A stretch of 64,000 bases of DNA from Enoplolaimus lenunculus (lineage: Eukaryota): NCBI GenBank assembly GCA_030248215.1, contig JASANG010000641.1, forward strand, positions 124,001-188,000, given 5' to 3'. The notes below the pieces were generated by a model that saw only the letters and a program-made list of their open reading frames with translations, was not told the origin of the DNA and did not search any database. Positions 1 through 13,200 of the stretch are shown here, piece after piece. The translations under genes and the position numbers were made by a program. Position 1 is the stretch's first letter. Every line of letters starts with the position of its first letter.

Positions 1-420
1 TCCTAATCGAACCACACATTCCAATTTTCCAGCCAGACCAACCAAACTGTTCCTTGCCTACCAGACCTAGAGAAAGCCTATACGTTTAACTTTTCTGCTT
101 TTCCCATTTTTCAAAACTCGCATACACGTCCAACGTTCCCTACAAACCCAACGGAATCAGATACCTGCGCTTTAATTTTCACTTTTCCCGTTTTCCAAAC
201 CGAACTACACATCCCAATTTTTCAAACAAAGCAACCAAACCATTCCTACCCTACCTGACGTAGCGAAAACCTATACGTTTCACTTTTTTACTTTTTCTGG
301 TTTCCGAAATTCGTCCAAACCTCTAATAACTTTTGCTACCAAAATAGAGAATATTCAGGCGTCTAAATTTTTCACTTTTTCAGTTTTCCCTGTCAAACTT
401 ATGCTTGCGATTTTTGCTAC
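1..420. repeat. Degenerate tandem repeat, period about 190 bp
   Basis: The block starting at 1 (cgaaccacacattccaattttc...aaagcctatacgtttaacttttc) recurs at about 195 (cgaactacacatcccaatttttc...aaaacctatacgtttcactttt). Further degenerate copies follow. Confidence 0.55.
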
Positions 421-687
421 CAAACCAGCGGAATTCCTATTCACCTTGCAGGAGTGGCTGCGTTGCACTCCTGGTCATAAGTTTTCCACCTTGGAAAATT
501 GGAAGCCCCTGAGCTATACATTGCCCGCGCAGCAATTAAGGGGATCGGGCAAAAATACAACGCGCGCTGGTACATTTTGTACCATGCAGAACCCCAGTAG
601 TTACACACTCTTGTCTAAGAGTGATCATCCAATCTTAGTTGTATACTTCACCGAAATTAAATCCATCGCTACGGCTTGTAATTTTAG

Positions 688-1008
688 GACGCCTACAAAC
701 CGCCAGGGCATCCGCTCGCCACCGGATCCAGGGTACTCGCCGGTATGTACCGATTGTCGCCAGAATACCGTCGTCGGCCGCCGTCAAACGAAACCGAAAC
801 CATGCTCATCGACTATAGCAGTTTCCGAACGCACGAAGGCAAATTTAAACACAATCCGCATACGTGGTCACTCTACTCGCGTCCACATCTTGTGCATCCA
901 CGCGATTCACGCTATTTGGGCAGTGATTTTGTGATTTTAAAACTTCGTGGACACGACGATTTCAATCGCCGTTGTGATCGGCTGCTTGGTTCTGCGAAAA
1001 GAATTTAA
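688..1008 (+). CDS. Putative terminal exon of an unknown gene entering from upstream of the window
   Basis: Acceptor attttag|GAC at 687/688 is in frame with ORF 745-1008 (DAYKPPGHPLATGSRVLAGMYRLSPEY...AKRI*). The segment is GC-richer than its flanks. No family recognised. Confidence 0.4.
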   Translation, partial: DAYKPPGHPLATGSRVLAGMYRLSPEYRRRPPSNETETMLIDYSSFRTHEGKFKHNPHTWSLYSRPHLVHPRDSRYLGSDFVILKLRGHDDFNRRCDRLLGSAKRI

Positions 1009-1314
1009 CTTTTTTTCCGTTTTTTCTCGTGTTTTTTGAGAATTTAGAAACTTTTTTGTGAAATTTTCGAATTTGTTTTAATTGTTTAATTATGTCTTTG
1101 AGAGTTGACCTTTCGATGAAACGGAATCATTTGTGCAATATTTTTAAACTGTTTGTATCGTATGTGTAAAGCATCTGCTGTCAAAATTGTATTCAAGTGC
1201 GCCATGCTATTTAAGCTTATAGGCCCTAGCAAACGAGCAATTTTGATTTTTTGACTCTATTTTTTGCTTAGGCTCAGGATTACATTTTTCAACGATTAGG
1301 CTGAGGCGTAAGAA

Positions 1315-1750
1315 TGTAGTGACACGAATAAGAGGGTGTAATGAGTGGTTCCCATTTTGAAACTCAACAAATAGGAGTCTGTATCTAATACGAGTCCGTA
1401 AGCGGATAGAGTCTTTAAACCTTGATTAGAACCCATAAATGTCAATTGTCCCCAATTGTAGTGCATGAATCACTCCAGGCCCAAATAAAGTAGAGGTCGA
1501 AACTTTAAAGCATATGTTTAAGTTTTGAAAGTACATTCATGTTAGTATAACTCTGCATTATCGCTCAAACTTTTGATACAATGCAAACGTCTAAATTCAA
1601 CGGATAATTGCAGCACCTGACATATATCAGTAACAAACGGTAGCGAAGCGTGGATTAAAATAAATAACAGTCCGTAACCGAATGAAAGGGGTATTCTCAA
1701 GAAAGGCCAAATAAATATCAGTCCCGCCCTCTTTTATTCGTGTCACTACA
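1315..1750. mobile_element. MITE family A (about 435 bp, CTGTAGTGACCCGAATAAGAG-type TIR)
   Basis: Ends tgtagtgacacgaataagaggg ... ccctcttttattcgtgtcactaca. The interior is shared with at least 8 other copies in the window. Confidence 0.85.
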
Positions 1751-3974
1751 CGAATCACCAGTTATGGCCCTAAAAGTAACATTAACCAAAATATAACACG
1801 AATGTTTAAACATTTCGGCGCACAAAAATTTTCGATTTATTCTTCAAAGCTTCCGCCGTCCGGCGGGAGGTGTTTACTATTACTACGCAATTGCATAGGA
1901 GCTTAACGATCGAGCCGAGAATGATTTTCGCCGTTTGTGGAGACTGTGCACCCTACGGCGCATACTTGTAATAATTGTTAAACCCTCCACAATGTGTATT
2001 TTTACTATTTTTAGCATAGTTTGCACCAAGCTACTCGTAGCATACGCTGATTGAGAAGCGGATAATTCCGGTTTTTTAAAGTGTATTATTCTAGTTCCCC
2101 TGCATGCAATTTGCATCAATTTAAGGAATCAGGTTGTCTTAATATTTATGTCTCATTAATGATCAGGGGAGGAGAATTTTTATGTGGGAATAGAATAGAG
2201 TAAGATTAAGCTTTAGACTAATTTTTTTGCTTGGCTTAGGCTTTGGTTTTAGCCTTAGGCTTAAGAATATGCTCATTCTTACGCTTAGGTTTAGGTTTAA
2301 GCTTAGGCTTAGGCTTAGCAATACGCTTATAATACTGTTCCGCGCGTGTTGTTTACATTAGCTATTTTTGTTTTGATATAAATTAAGAAAATATCGATAA
2401 AACATAATGGGCCAATGTATAACACAAAGCTGTAACAGTAGCATAATCATACAATACGTCGAATATCATATGATATTGAAGGTCAAAAGGTGACCTAGAT
2501 ATTAGCAGACAAATACGAATTTTTGAAAGCGATATAGCCTCTATATGCAGACAAAATGTTACCCAATAGTCTAATAGGGACAAAACGTGTCCTAAGCTGC
2601 CCCGGTTATAACGTGAACTCCACATAAGCAACTCTACTGCAGTCGTGCAGAAAAACGTTCCTTAATGTTTACATGTGACGACAAACCAAAATTTAACGAA
2701 AACATGCCAGTGTTTCTCTATAATCCGTTAAGTAGGTACTTACTAGGCATGTATAGTTTAGTGTCCTTTGAGGCCGCTAGTGTTTGTTCTTATATTTATT
2801 TTTTTATTTTTTAGCAAAAATAAAGTTATCCCTATTTCGGTGTTTAGTTGTGTTAGAAAATGCTGTTGGATTTGCAGCAATACCATCAAACATTTTTGTG
2901 ATATATTTTTATAAATTTCTTTAAAACTTGCCAACGATGTGGTAGATGCATAACGCTTTAAACGAAATTATATTTGACCAAATGAATCTTTGCAATGAAT
3001 ACAATTTATAATAGTTTAATAGTATTAATTAAAATCGTATATCACACAGGTTTGCTCATCAAATACAAAATTCTAATGAGCTAATCAATTAATTCAGAGA
3101 GAGAATTAGCGATTTCTGGTTATTTCTGAGTTAGTATTGAGCAATACTCACTCTATTAGTTGATTGTTTTCAGAAATTTTGGCGGAAATATTCTCCTATC
3201 CTCATACGCCTCGTTTGCTTTGTTTAATAGTGCCTATTACTCCAACAGCATCTTGCAAATGTCTTGAACGATTCTTTAGCGATGGGTTGTTTACGAGTCA
3301 AAGCGTAACTGAGAGGGAACTGAACTCATTCAGATCGACATTTTCCATCCTATTGAACTCGAGTTAAATTCGGGTTGTGGGATAAACCATAGGAGCCAAG
3401 CGACTGCTTCAGTAGCAAGGGGAACCAAGTTTAACCAACAGGTACTATCTACTATTCTTACACCATGGCATCTATAGAGATTAAGTTTTCCTTGTAAGCA
3501 AATCCTTAGGGGGTGGTGCTGAACTTGCTCGACCCCCTACGATCCGTCTGATGAGTATGCATGATTGCAGTGTGTAAATATTGAATAAAATGTCACATGG
3601 AAAATTTAGCACAACATTGAGGACCCGACGTCTGTTCCTAAAATTTTGGAAATGCTGTATTTGTAAAGGCAGAGAAACACAAATTAATTTGTTGATAATG
3701 AGTGCCGTAGCTAAAGCATCCGAGTCCGCCTCCAAACCTATGGCATGGTTTCCATTTTTTGGAACACATTAGCAGATTTTAAAATGAAGACTACATGCGA
3801 GGGGAAGAACAATATTTAATGGTTTAATAGATTTCATGAGTGAAGCGAGTGAGAAATGCAAACAACGCGACGCTGAAGCTGAATCACATCGAAGGCTGAA
3901 AAGTTTTTGAAATTTCATGTTGGAGTGGTTTTGTCTGGTCCCACCCAAGCGGATATGGGGTGATAGCACTAGTC

Positions 3975-4172
3975 GCAGAAAAATGGTGAGCCAAATTGAC
4001 TCTCTCCGAAATAGGCTTTTCCGGACTACACAAACTGAGTTAAATTCGACTTTATTGAGCGACTCGGGTGAGTTGAAGTTTGGCTCTGGCGGAATCGAAT
4101 GTGACTCAGTTCGTGTAGTTCGGAAAAGCCTATTTTGGAGACAGTCAATTTGACTCACCATTTTTTGCAGTG
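3975..4172. mobile_element. MITE family B (palindromic, CACTGCAAAAAATGGTGAGTCAAATTGAC type), left end damaged
   Basis: gcagaaaaatggtgagccaaattgac ... gtcaatttgactcaccattttttgcagtg; homologous to copies at 20758, 35479 and 38957. Confidence 0.8.
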
Positions 4173-4208
4173 CAGTACTGTATATAAATTAGTAAAGTAG
4201 CTGGTCAA

Positions 4209-7200
4209 CTAAACAGATCGATGCCGTCGGGTGACTTGAGATCGGTATTCGTCATTGCAAAGGCACGTTTTTCGACAGTAAAAATCGCGAACTGAAATAT
4301 ACTTTGTACAATAGTTGTGTTTGGCCCAATTTTCGCAGAAATAATCACCAGATTGGTCGATTTCACGCTCGCAACGCACGATTAAGTTCACGTCGCCTCC
4401 AATTGCTTGTCGCCGTCCAGGTTGGCCTGAAATTATACCGCAACAAATCAAAATATATATGGTTGTTTGTATGCAAAAAACATCGTAAATGCAGGTGTCG
4501 GAAATTTGTCTTGGACAGGGAAATTATTTGTTGATTTTTAGAATTGAAGTTGCCGAGGTTAGTTGTTATTGAAATGTTGTGGAAATGAACAACCATTGAG
4601 TCGATTGTTTCTAGGATAATTGTTGTTTCTATTAGACCAGTTTTAAGGAAAATAGGTCCACGGAAAGCCAATTTCTTATAGCGAGAGTCCACGAAAAGAT
4701 AATTTCTCAGTGATACAGAGCTCAGTGTAAATACCTGTACGCATAAACCTTGCGGTTTATAAAATTTTGATAGTTAACCGTTTTAGCGTTAAGCTTCTAT
4801 AGTATAACGACAATGGTAACCGCTTGTTATTTGAGAGTCTTCGGTTTTATTCGTATCTTGAAATTACATCTCAGATGAAATAGAAAATATTCATGCACGC
4901 GACGATTCGGTGTTTGAACAACTTACGTATACAAGGTTCAATATCGCATAACCGATCCAAATTCGGTTCAGCGTTTCGTCGTGCTTTTCGCAAAAAGGTA
5001 TCAACCGGACACCAGTCGTCTCCGTGACATCGCGAAATATCCAACGGAATTGCCAATCGTTCACCTTGCGGTCGAAGCTCTGAGTTGAGTTGTGATATAA
5101 ATAGTCGAATTGAATGTTCGGGTTGGGTTCGAAATTCAATTATCAAAGCGCTGCCTTCAGATAGTCGTGGGATTTCGAGTCCTAACAGCCATAACAACGA
5201 TAATAGAGCGTTTGAGTCCTGTAAAGTTGTTTTCATGTGTAAGAAGCACACACGAAAGTCAAAAATATCTCATTCTCTGCGTTCGTTGGTCACAACTTAT
5301 TACACGAGGTTTTATGTCCCTAATTGTAGTGCATAATTGACCACAAGATCAGATAAAGTTGAGTTCGACACTTTAAAGCATACGTAAGTTTTGGAAGTAC
5401 ATTCTTAAGTGTAACCTTGCATTATCGCTCAAGCTTTTGATAAACGACAAATAAACGTTTAATTCAACAGATAGTTGCCATACCGGATATATCACTGGCG
5501 GAGGTGTGGGTATACGCGGCTTGTGTATGTGCAGAGTGTATAATGTTAAGACATATACATACTCGTGCACATATACCACCAGAGGAAATTATGATATCGG
5601 CCGCGTGGTGTAATGGGTAGCGCGCTTGACTCGCGAGCGAGAGGTCCGAGGTTCGATTCCCGGCGTGGCCATATCTTTCGGAGAAGTTTAGGAGAAAATT
5701 CAAATATATTCGCAGTACTTCGGAGGAAGGGGTCGTCCCGACCGTGCAGTTCTGACATGGAGGTCCCACCGAGACGGGCGCTGTAAATTGCAGGCTCATG
5801 GATTCAGAGAAGTTTGGATTCGCGGTCCGGGGCGACCGCCTAAAGAAGGGGGAATGTGGGTATACGCGGCTTGTGTATGTGCAGAGTGTATAATGTTAAG
5901 ACATATACATACTCGTGCACATATACCACCAGAGGAAATTATGATATCGGCCGCGTGGTGTAATGGGTAGCGCGCTTGACTCGCGAGCGAGAGGTCCGAG
6001 GTTCGATTCCCGGCGTGGCCATATCTTTCGGAGAAGTTTAGGAGAAAATTCAAATATATTCGCAGTACTTCGGAGGAAGGGGTCGTCCCGACCGTGCAGT
6101 TCTGACAGGAGGGTGGGTTAAAAATAAATAACAGTCCGTAACCAAATAACAGGGGTACCCTCTGGAGACACCAAATAAATATAAGCACCCCTAATATTCG
6201 GATCACTACGGTATGCTAATAACTATAAACGATCCGCACAGGAGCTCAGCAAAGGGTTTAAGGACAACCCTCCTTGTTTTGTGAGATTTAAACCGTTTAT
6301 CGGGCCAGTAATAACACGACCAATTATTGTTGAAATGTTGATTAGCTGCGATTTTTAGCTTGAAATAAACTTAATAAATAAATTAGCAATTAAATTGCAG
6401 CAATTTTACAAATTGCAAGCTTACCGAACTATATACTCTAAGTTTAGGTCCTTTTTTGTGTATTGACAGCGTCAGTGTATTGATGATGTCCCATAGCCAA
6501 GGTCCTTAAATCAAATCCTGCACGCCTTATAAAGAAACAAAGCACAGGCCGCAATCATCGTTTACGGTATCGAAACGTTTCTAACTTGAGTTTATAAACT
6601 CAGAGTAAAGTTTATTTTGTTTTGTAAAAGCTAAAAACCATGACGGGGTGAACGTTAGGCCCCACATGACAAATATTGAGGGGTGAAAAGTAGCTGATTT
6701 CGATTTGCAACCGATTGCACTGTGGACGATATCGCACGATCAAAGCACACAGTTCTGAGCTGGTGTTCGTTTTAAATTCGTTGGTAAATTTGGTTATTCG
6801 AAATTTATTCTTATTTTAATCAGTCGCAGCGCAAACATCTGTGTGGTTTTATTGTTCAGGTCAATATTACATTTTTAGACGCGTCTCGTTTTTCTGCGGA
6901 AGCGCAATAGAGTTAGTTTAAGCTTTAGACTATTTTTTTGCTTTAGTTTCGGTTTAGTTTTAAACCTACGCTGAAGTTTAGGCTTACACAGCCTTACGTA
7001 TTGAGATATACTTTAGGATGCTATTAGTGACTCGCCCAAGCGTATATACTATTGGCTATTTTTAATATCTTCAGTTCAGACGTTATTTCATCGTTCTACT
7101 ACGAAATCTAATCTACTTTACCTGCTTGCAATTTTCGACAAGGTTCATATTTGGCACAAATTAAATTTTTGACTCCACTGAACGGCGCAATACGTTCCAT

Positions 7201-10200
7201 GACGGTTGCTCCGTCGGTTTCTTTGAGGTCATCATCGTAGTCTTGTGTTTGAGTGACCCCAAAGAACGACACCCGTCGGCTGCTTCTTTTGATCACTGAC
7301 GCTGAGTCTGTTGCCCAGTCTGGCATTGGTGCATTGTGACGTTTCTGTAAAACATATGTTGTGGTTGCTGTATTTGTGATCATTGTTGCTGTTATAGGTG
7401 TTTATTTCATAAACCAATTTAGAATGTTTACTAATCTGAGGCATGAATTGCTGAGGACCATAACCAGGGCCGGCGTTAACAAAGTCGACCTCCCTCAAAT
7501 AGGTCCGATGGTGCCCCCAATAAAATGTTTTACAACTCTAAACTTCGTGGTCAGCGAATAATTTTAAGTTTGCCAATGTGGGCCCCCAAGGGTCAAGCTG
7601 CACCCCTGCCAAAACATTTTTTCCGATAAAATAACAAGCTTCCTACCTGACAGTTTTTCGCTTTCAAAAAATTTTCACATATATAGCATATAGTAAAAAT
7701 TGCGTTTCATAACTTTTGCCAGAGTCACAAATTTCTAGATCCGCCGCTGAACAATGCTTACCATTTGTGCAAAATTTTGAGCCAAAGTATCCAGTGTATT
7801 CAGACTGCTTCCCCATCCAGTTTGTTTCGCGATATAACGAAGCAGATCCTGCAACATATTTGAATATTGCAGGCTTAAGCGTTAGACTAATTTTTTGCTT
7901 ACGCTTATGCTTTAGGCTTTAGGTATAAGCTAATTTTTACGGTTGGTCATAGGCTTTAGGTTGAGGCTTAGCAATATGCTTTATACCACTGTTGCGACCC
8001 TGTTCTATACATTGGTCGTCGGTTATCGCACAGCGACTAATCGTAATATTAAAAAAAACGAAAGTTTCCTAGTCTCGCTACATATCAAAGCAAAAAAATA
8101 TTCAAATTTAAATTTTACTTCGGCGTCACGTTTCATCTTTAAAGCGTCTGTTGTTTGTTCTTCGTCAATTTCGTCTTGTACTTTAACCATTGACGGACAA
8201 TCGATAGACGAGATGCTCATTATCTCAAAAATTAAGTTTTCAATTTTTAAACAGCTCTATAAATCAGGTTCGTAGCCAACTGAGCATTGCTCGAGAGGAA
8301 AAACAGATTTAGGAGTACGGACATGAGCAGATTTTACAGCACTGACATGAGGGTTGAAATTTTTTTGAGAAGACTATAGGGGATGAACCTACATTACCAC
8401 CTCTGGTAATTGGCATATGTTAATTTTGGCAATACCAATTCGATGCTAACTTTAAATCTAGCGCCGTTAGTTTCAACGCCGGAGCAGCCACCCCCATGCC
8501 CTCCATTTGCGGTGCCCCACACCTAAAGCGGCCCTCACTTTAACCGGATGAAACAAAAACCGCCGAAGTTTTAAAATGCGTCTGGTTTCTCGCTGGGTTC
8601 GCTCGCAAGGCGCCGTGTAAAAAATTTGTAAACGAATATTTTTTATTTTATCGAGCCTAAGCCTGGAACATCTTTAAAATATACCTTATCGTCAATTTTA
8701 TACGGAATCGGTTGCCATCGCAGATCATTTTTCCATATTTGATCATCGATAGGCGGAAGAAGGCCGGCGAGAACGCTTTGAAGACGCATTTGACCTTCTG
8801 CACGGCTCGAGCTGGCAAATTGTACCTTAAAAACGTATTCTGAATGCATTTTTGACTAAAAAACCGCAAAAACACGCAAGTTTAACCTATAAAAACACAT
8901 TTTTAATCGGTATCCTAAGATCAACCACGTTCACTGATCCCAGTTCATGTACTTTGTTCATTTAACCCATGCTATATACTTAGCAATAAATTTAACTAGT
9001 CGGTCAACTTCGCACAATGCGCAAAAGTGTTAGCAATTGCATAAAATTCTGTATGTAAACTTTCAAATTATAGAACAATCCCGTGTATTTGCTATAAAAA
9101 TCTATTGTAAACAAAGTATGCTGGAAATTTGCCCAAAAGACGTATGTGGGGTATTCCAGCTTTAATAATATAGATATTAATAAGTTTTAATCTTTCGTTG
9201 AAAACATTAATGGTTATACTCACGTCATAGTCTTTATACGTTGATGGTATAAAGTCGCGATACCGTCTGCGCAGAAATCGGCCAAGATAAAACGCTTGTT
9301 GCTTTCCAAGCTAAAATAAACCCACCGGTATCAAGTAAAGATAAGACTTTCAAAAGATAGAAGTATTCAATGTACCTGTTCAGTATTCATTGGTATTGGT
9401 TAATTAAAAGATTTTATTAAGGGCATATTATTAGCTAAATTGTATTAAGTTTTCTTAAGAACTGTCATGAAAGCAAAGGTCCAGCATTAGATGATCTAAC
9501 ACGAAGCTCACCTATGAGAGCCGCAATACATTTGGAGAAAACCTCTCAAACGAAGCAAGCGAGACTTGTTTTACTTTAATTCGTATCCTTGACTGTAACA
9601 TCAATTGCCAGTTAATAAACATTTCCCCCAAATATCCAAATTAACACATCTGGGGATATAAAATTCCGTACAATACTACTGTAGTAACCCGAAGAAGAGG
9701 GGGTAATACGAGGGGGTCCCCATTTTGAGTCCCAATCAATAGGATTCCGTATCCCTAATAAAAGTTTGTAAGCGGATAGAGTCCGTGAACCCTAGTTAGA
9801 GTCCATAAATGTCAATAATCCCTAATTGTAGCGCATAACTGACTCCAGGACCAACTGAAGCTGAGTTCGAAACTTTAAAGCATACTTAAGTTTTGAAAGT
9901 ACATTCCTAATATAACCTAGCATTATCGCTCAAGGTTTTGAGACAAGACAAATAAACGCTTAATTCAACGGATAGTTACAATACCCGACATATATTAGCA
10001 ACGAAGGGCTACACAAGGGCGCGTTAAAAATAAATAACAGTCCGTAACCGAATAACAGGAGGGTGCCCTTTAGGGAGGCTAAATAAATATTAGTTTCCCC
10101 TCTTATTCGGGTCACTAAAGTAGGATGAAGCTGCATAGGGGCTGGAAATAATTTAATGCATTTAGGAATCTAAAAGTAAATTGAGCAGTTTTAGAATTAT

Positions 10201-13200
10201 TCAAAATATTTTTATAGATGTGGACAGACCACTCTTCACCCTATTCATGAAAGCCTGGTCGAGTGGTAATACGCACGACATATTACATTAGTTATTTGAC
10301 CAAGATCGCTAATTCCGCTGTGATCATCCTTGTGCTTTAATAGTTTCACAGGATTTTTGTCAACAGATCCAATTGCCTGAAATTATAAACAAATACTAAA
10401 TTTTAATTGGCGTATTTTTCGTAAAACATCTGAAAAAATTATCCACAATAACGCACGCTACAATATGCCAAGCCCCTACCTATGTATTTATTTGCTATTT
10501 TTCCGTATCCCACCGACAATTTGTCTGTTCAAAATATGCAAATATTTTGGCTGACAATTATGTTTATGCAAAACAAGTCAATTTCATTTTTACGTTACAT
10601 GCGAAAAACAATGCAGGTGAATGCAAACAAAGCGAATTGTTTAATGCTTAAACTATTAACGGAAGTAAGTTTGGCAAATGTTAGAACAGTGTCGTGAAAG
10701 TAGTATATGCATATACATAAAGCTTAAGCCTAGGTCTAAGCGTACACTCAAAATAATATTTCTGATATTTAAGAAAAAATTTCTTACATTTGAGAAATAT
10801 GATTAGCAAGGTGCACTTGAAAAGTATTTCTGTTATAACAGAAATGTTTTCAAAAAACGTTTTGAAATAAGTCTGAAAATAAACGTTTTCCAGTTATTTT
10901 TAGAAAAATTGTCTTAAATATCAGCAAAACTGTTCAGATTTGCCACAGAAAACACTTTTCTGAATAAACTCAGAAATACTTTTTTGTGTGTAAGAATGAT
11001 CTCATACCTAACCATAAGCCTAGGCCTGAGCGTAAGAATTAGCTTAAACCTAGAGCCTAACCTAAGCCTAAGCTTAAGTTTTAGACTATCTGCAAAAAAT
11101 GCCAATATTGAATGAATGATGTAAAACACGCTAATGTTTAAATAAATTAACGTTGGTAGGTTTGGCCAATGTAAGAACAGGACCGTGACAGTAGTATAAG
11201 CATATTTGTAGGCCTAAGCCTAAGCCTAAGCAAAAAATGAGCGTAAGCTCAAGCTTACGCTATTGCAGTCCCGCAGAACAACGTTCCACCCGTGATCTCT
11301 ACCATGACCGTAATCTTAGTCAGCTGTAAACACTTACTATTAATAACATGCTGACATTTGACACGTCATCATTCGTAGTTTGTATTGGCCCAATTGTTCT
11401 AACAACACCAGCAGTTCGTAGAACCGGAAGTGGTTCAAATTTCGATTCTGGCTTGCTGCGTCGACTATAAATTTAACTGTTAAATACAAAGCTACAGTTA
11501 TTGCCCAATTATTTGCCAATTACTTTTAAGCTTTCACTACAGACTAAAACAGAATTTAGGTTCTAAGCGAACTAGCAATATATGAATCAATTTAGTAGGA
11601 ACAGTTTTGCTTTGATAAAAAGTTTTTCCGATGCAAATCACTTACGTATTCAACTCTAAAATGTTACGAGCCACTGTTGTCTTCTTAGTCGTCGTAGTTG
11701 CAGTAGTAGTCGCAGCTTGCGTTGTAGTTGTAGTTGTGGTAGTAGTTGACATTGTTGTTGTACTTGTAGCAGTTGTAGTTGTTGTTGGTGGTGGTGGCGG
11801 TGGTGTTGTTGTTGTTCCTTCTGTTGTTGTTGTTGTAGCTGTTGTTGCCAAAGTTTCTTCTTTTGATTCACTGAACACTTCACGAGTATCAAATTCAACC
11901 TCACCAGATGCTTGTGAATCCGAGTCGCTCGCATCTTCTTCGCTTGACAGCTCTATGCTCCGAGCAACTGAGGCTGCACGGTTGCGTTCACTTATAAATC
12001 CAGCTAACTGAGTGGTCAAAACTGGAATAGGAAAGTTGACAGTTTGCTTTCGGCGCTCATTGAGTTCAGTTGAACTCAGTGGTTGAATTTTACGACTATT
12101 AGTTCGAATGAGCTCGCCAAACTTTTCAACGCTTTCGTTTGACGCTGACCCTGTGGTCCATGCTGATATTGATCGGGGCACAAACGAAACCACGCCACGA
12201 GTGGTGGGAAGTTGTGGCGCTGAACCCTGAGAACGGGGAGTACGACGGCCGCTACTCGAGAGTCGCTTGAAATCAACTATGAATGTTTGGTCATCGACAA
12301 GATCGACTGTTGGTGACTGTATTCGGCCAGCAAGCCCTATTGAACGAAAAAAGCCTCCCTCGTAAGATCGTGGTATTGTTGCTTCTGCTGCATTGCGCTG
12401 TTGCGCTAAAATTAAACTTTAGTTTCAACGGAACAAACAGATCCACTACCTGAACTTGAGCAAGTTCTTATCGCTAAGACGTACGGCTGACTGTAAATAA
12501 AAATAAAGAAACAAATTGAATCATTTCGTAAAATCTGGCGTGCGCCATTAGGTGAATTAACGCTATTCAGTTTTTTCTTACTACCAAGAATCGATAATGA
12601 CTCCCAATAAGAGTATGTCACTAAATAATACTCCGTGGTACTAAATGTACCACCGGACGCGGCGTTTTTGGCTGACCCCCTTTTTCGAGGTGAGAGAAGT
12701 TTACGCAGGAGCGCATGCTAGAAACGCAACGTAAGTTGGATTTGTTTACTTCTATGCGTCGCGCTCTAAATTTTGGCCTGAAACTAAATTTTTTTACCAC
12801 AGTTTACACCGATTTGCTAAAGTTAGCAAATTAAACATTATCAACTACCTAATTTCGCTCCACCTTCGGCTTGTCGACCAGTATGCAATTTTCATATAGT
12901 TTACACACCGGCATAGATACTACCAAGCTAGCAGGAGTGTGCGCACGTGTTGTGTAAATTATTTTATGCTCAAAAGGTAACCAGTAGCTTGCCTATTTTG
13001 ATCTATGGGGGTATTTATAAAAAAGTTTTCGGTGAATTCTAGAAAAAACACTTAAAATGTTAAGCCAAGTCGTCCCAAAAAACATTTTCGGTTATCGCAC
13101 AAAAGTGTCATGACAGGCCTCTTAAAAAGCTAATTTAGGTAAAATTTAACCAGTGGCGAACCAATAGAGCAAATGGTGATAAACATTTACCACGAACGTC

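Larger units (their letters stand above)
5505..6107 (+). mobile_element. TRIM (non-autonomous mini LTR retrotransposon) with tRNA-derived LTRs
   Basis: Identical 253-bp LTRs at 5505-5757 and 5855-6107 (TGT...ACA). PBS TGGAGGTCCCACCGAGA at 5758-5774. PPT AAAGAAGGGGGAA at 5842-5854. TSD GGAGG at 5500-5504 and 6108-6112. The 97-bp interior is non-coding. Confidence 0.95.
5314..6211. mobile_element. MITE family A copy (left end truncated), split by the TRIM insertion
   Basis: 5314-5504 and 6108-6211 join into a continuous family A sequence ending ...ttcggatcactacgg|ta. Confidence 0.8.

Noticed and set aside
401..934. 177-aa plus ORF
   Set aside because: It runs through repeat and MITE sequence, then overlaps the better-supported exon in another frame.
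2220..2330. TTAGGC arrays as a true telomere or chromosome-fusion site
   Set aside because: The arrays are short, degenerate, in both orientations and largely embedded in family D MITE sequence.
5599..6021. Tandem pair of genuine tRNA-Ala(CGC) genes
   Set aside because: The stems are imperfect, G3:U70 is absent and there is no oligo-T terminator. Both copies sit inside LTRs bounded by a PBS, a PPT and a TSD.
5373..6206. Several overlapping ORFs, including the duplicated CQNCTVGTTPSSEV peptide
   Set aside because: These are chance frames across the duplicated LTRs and MITE sequence.
11631..12011. Poly-Val (+) and poly-Gln (-) ORFs
   Set aside because: They are antisense or alternative frames of the Thr-rich exon 12405-11646.
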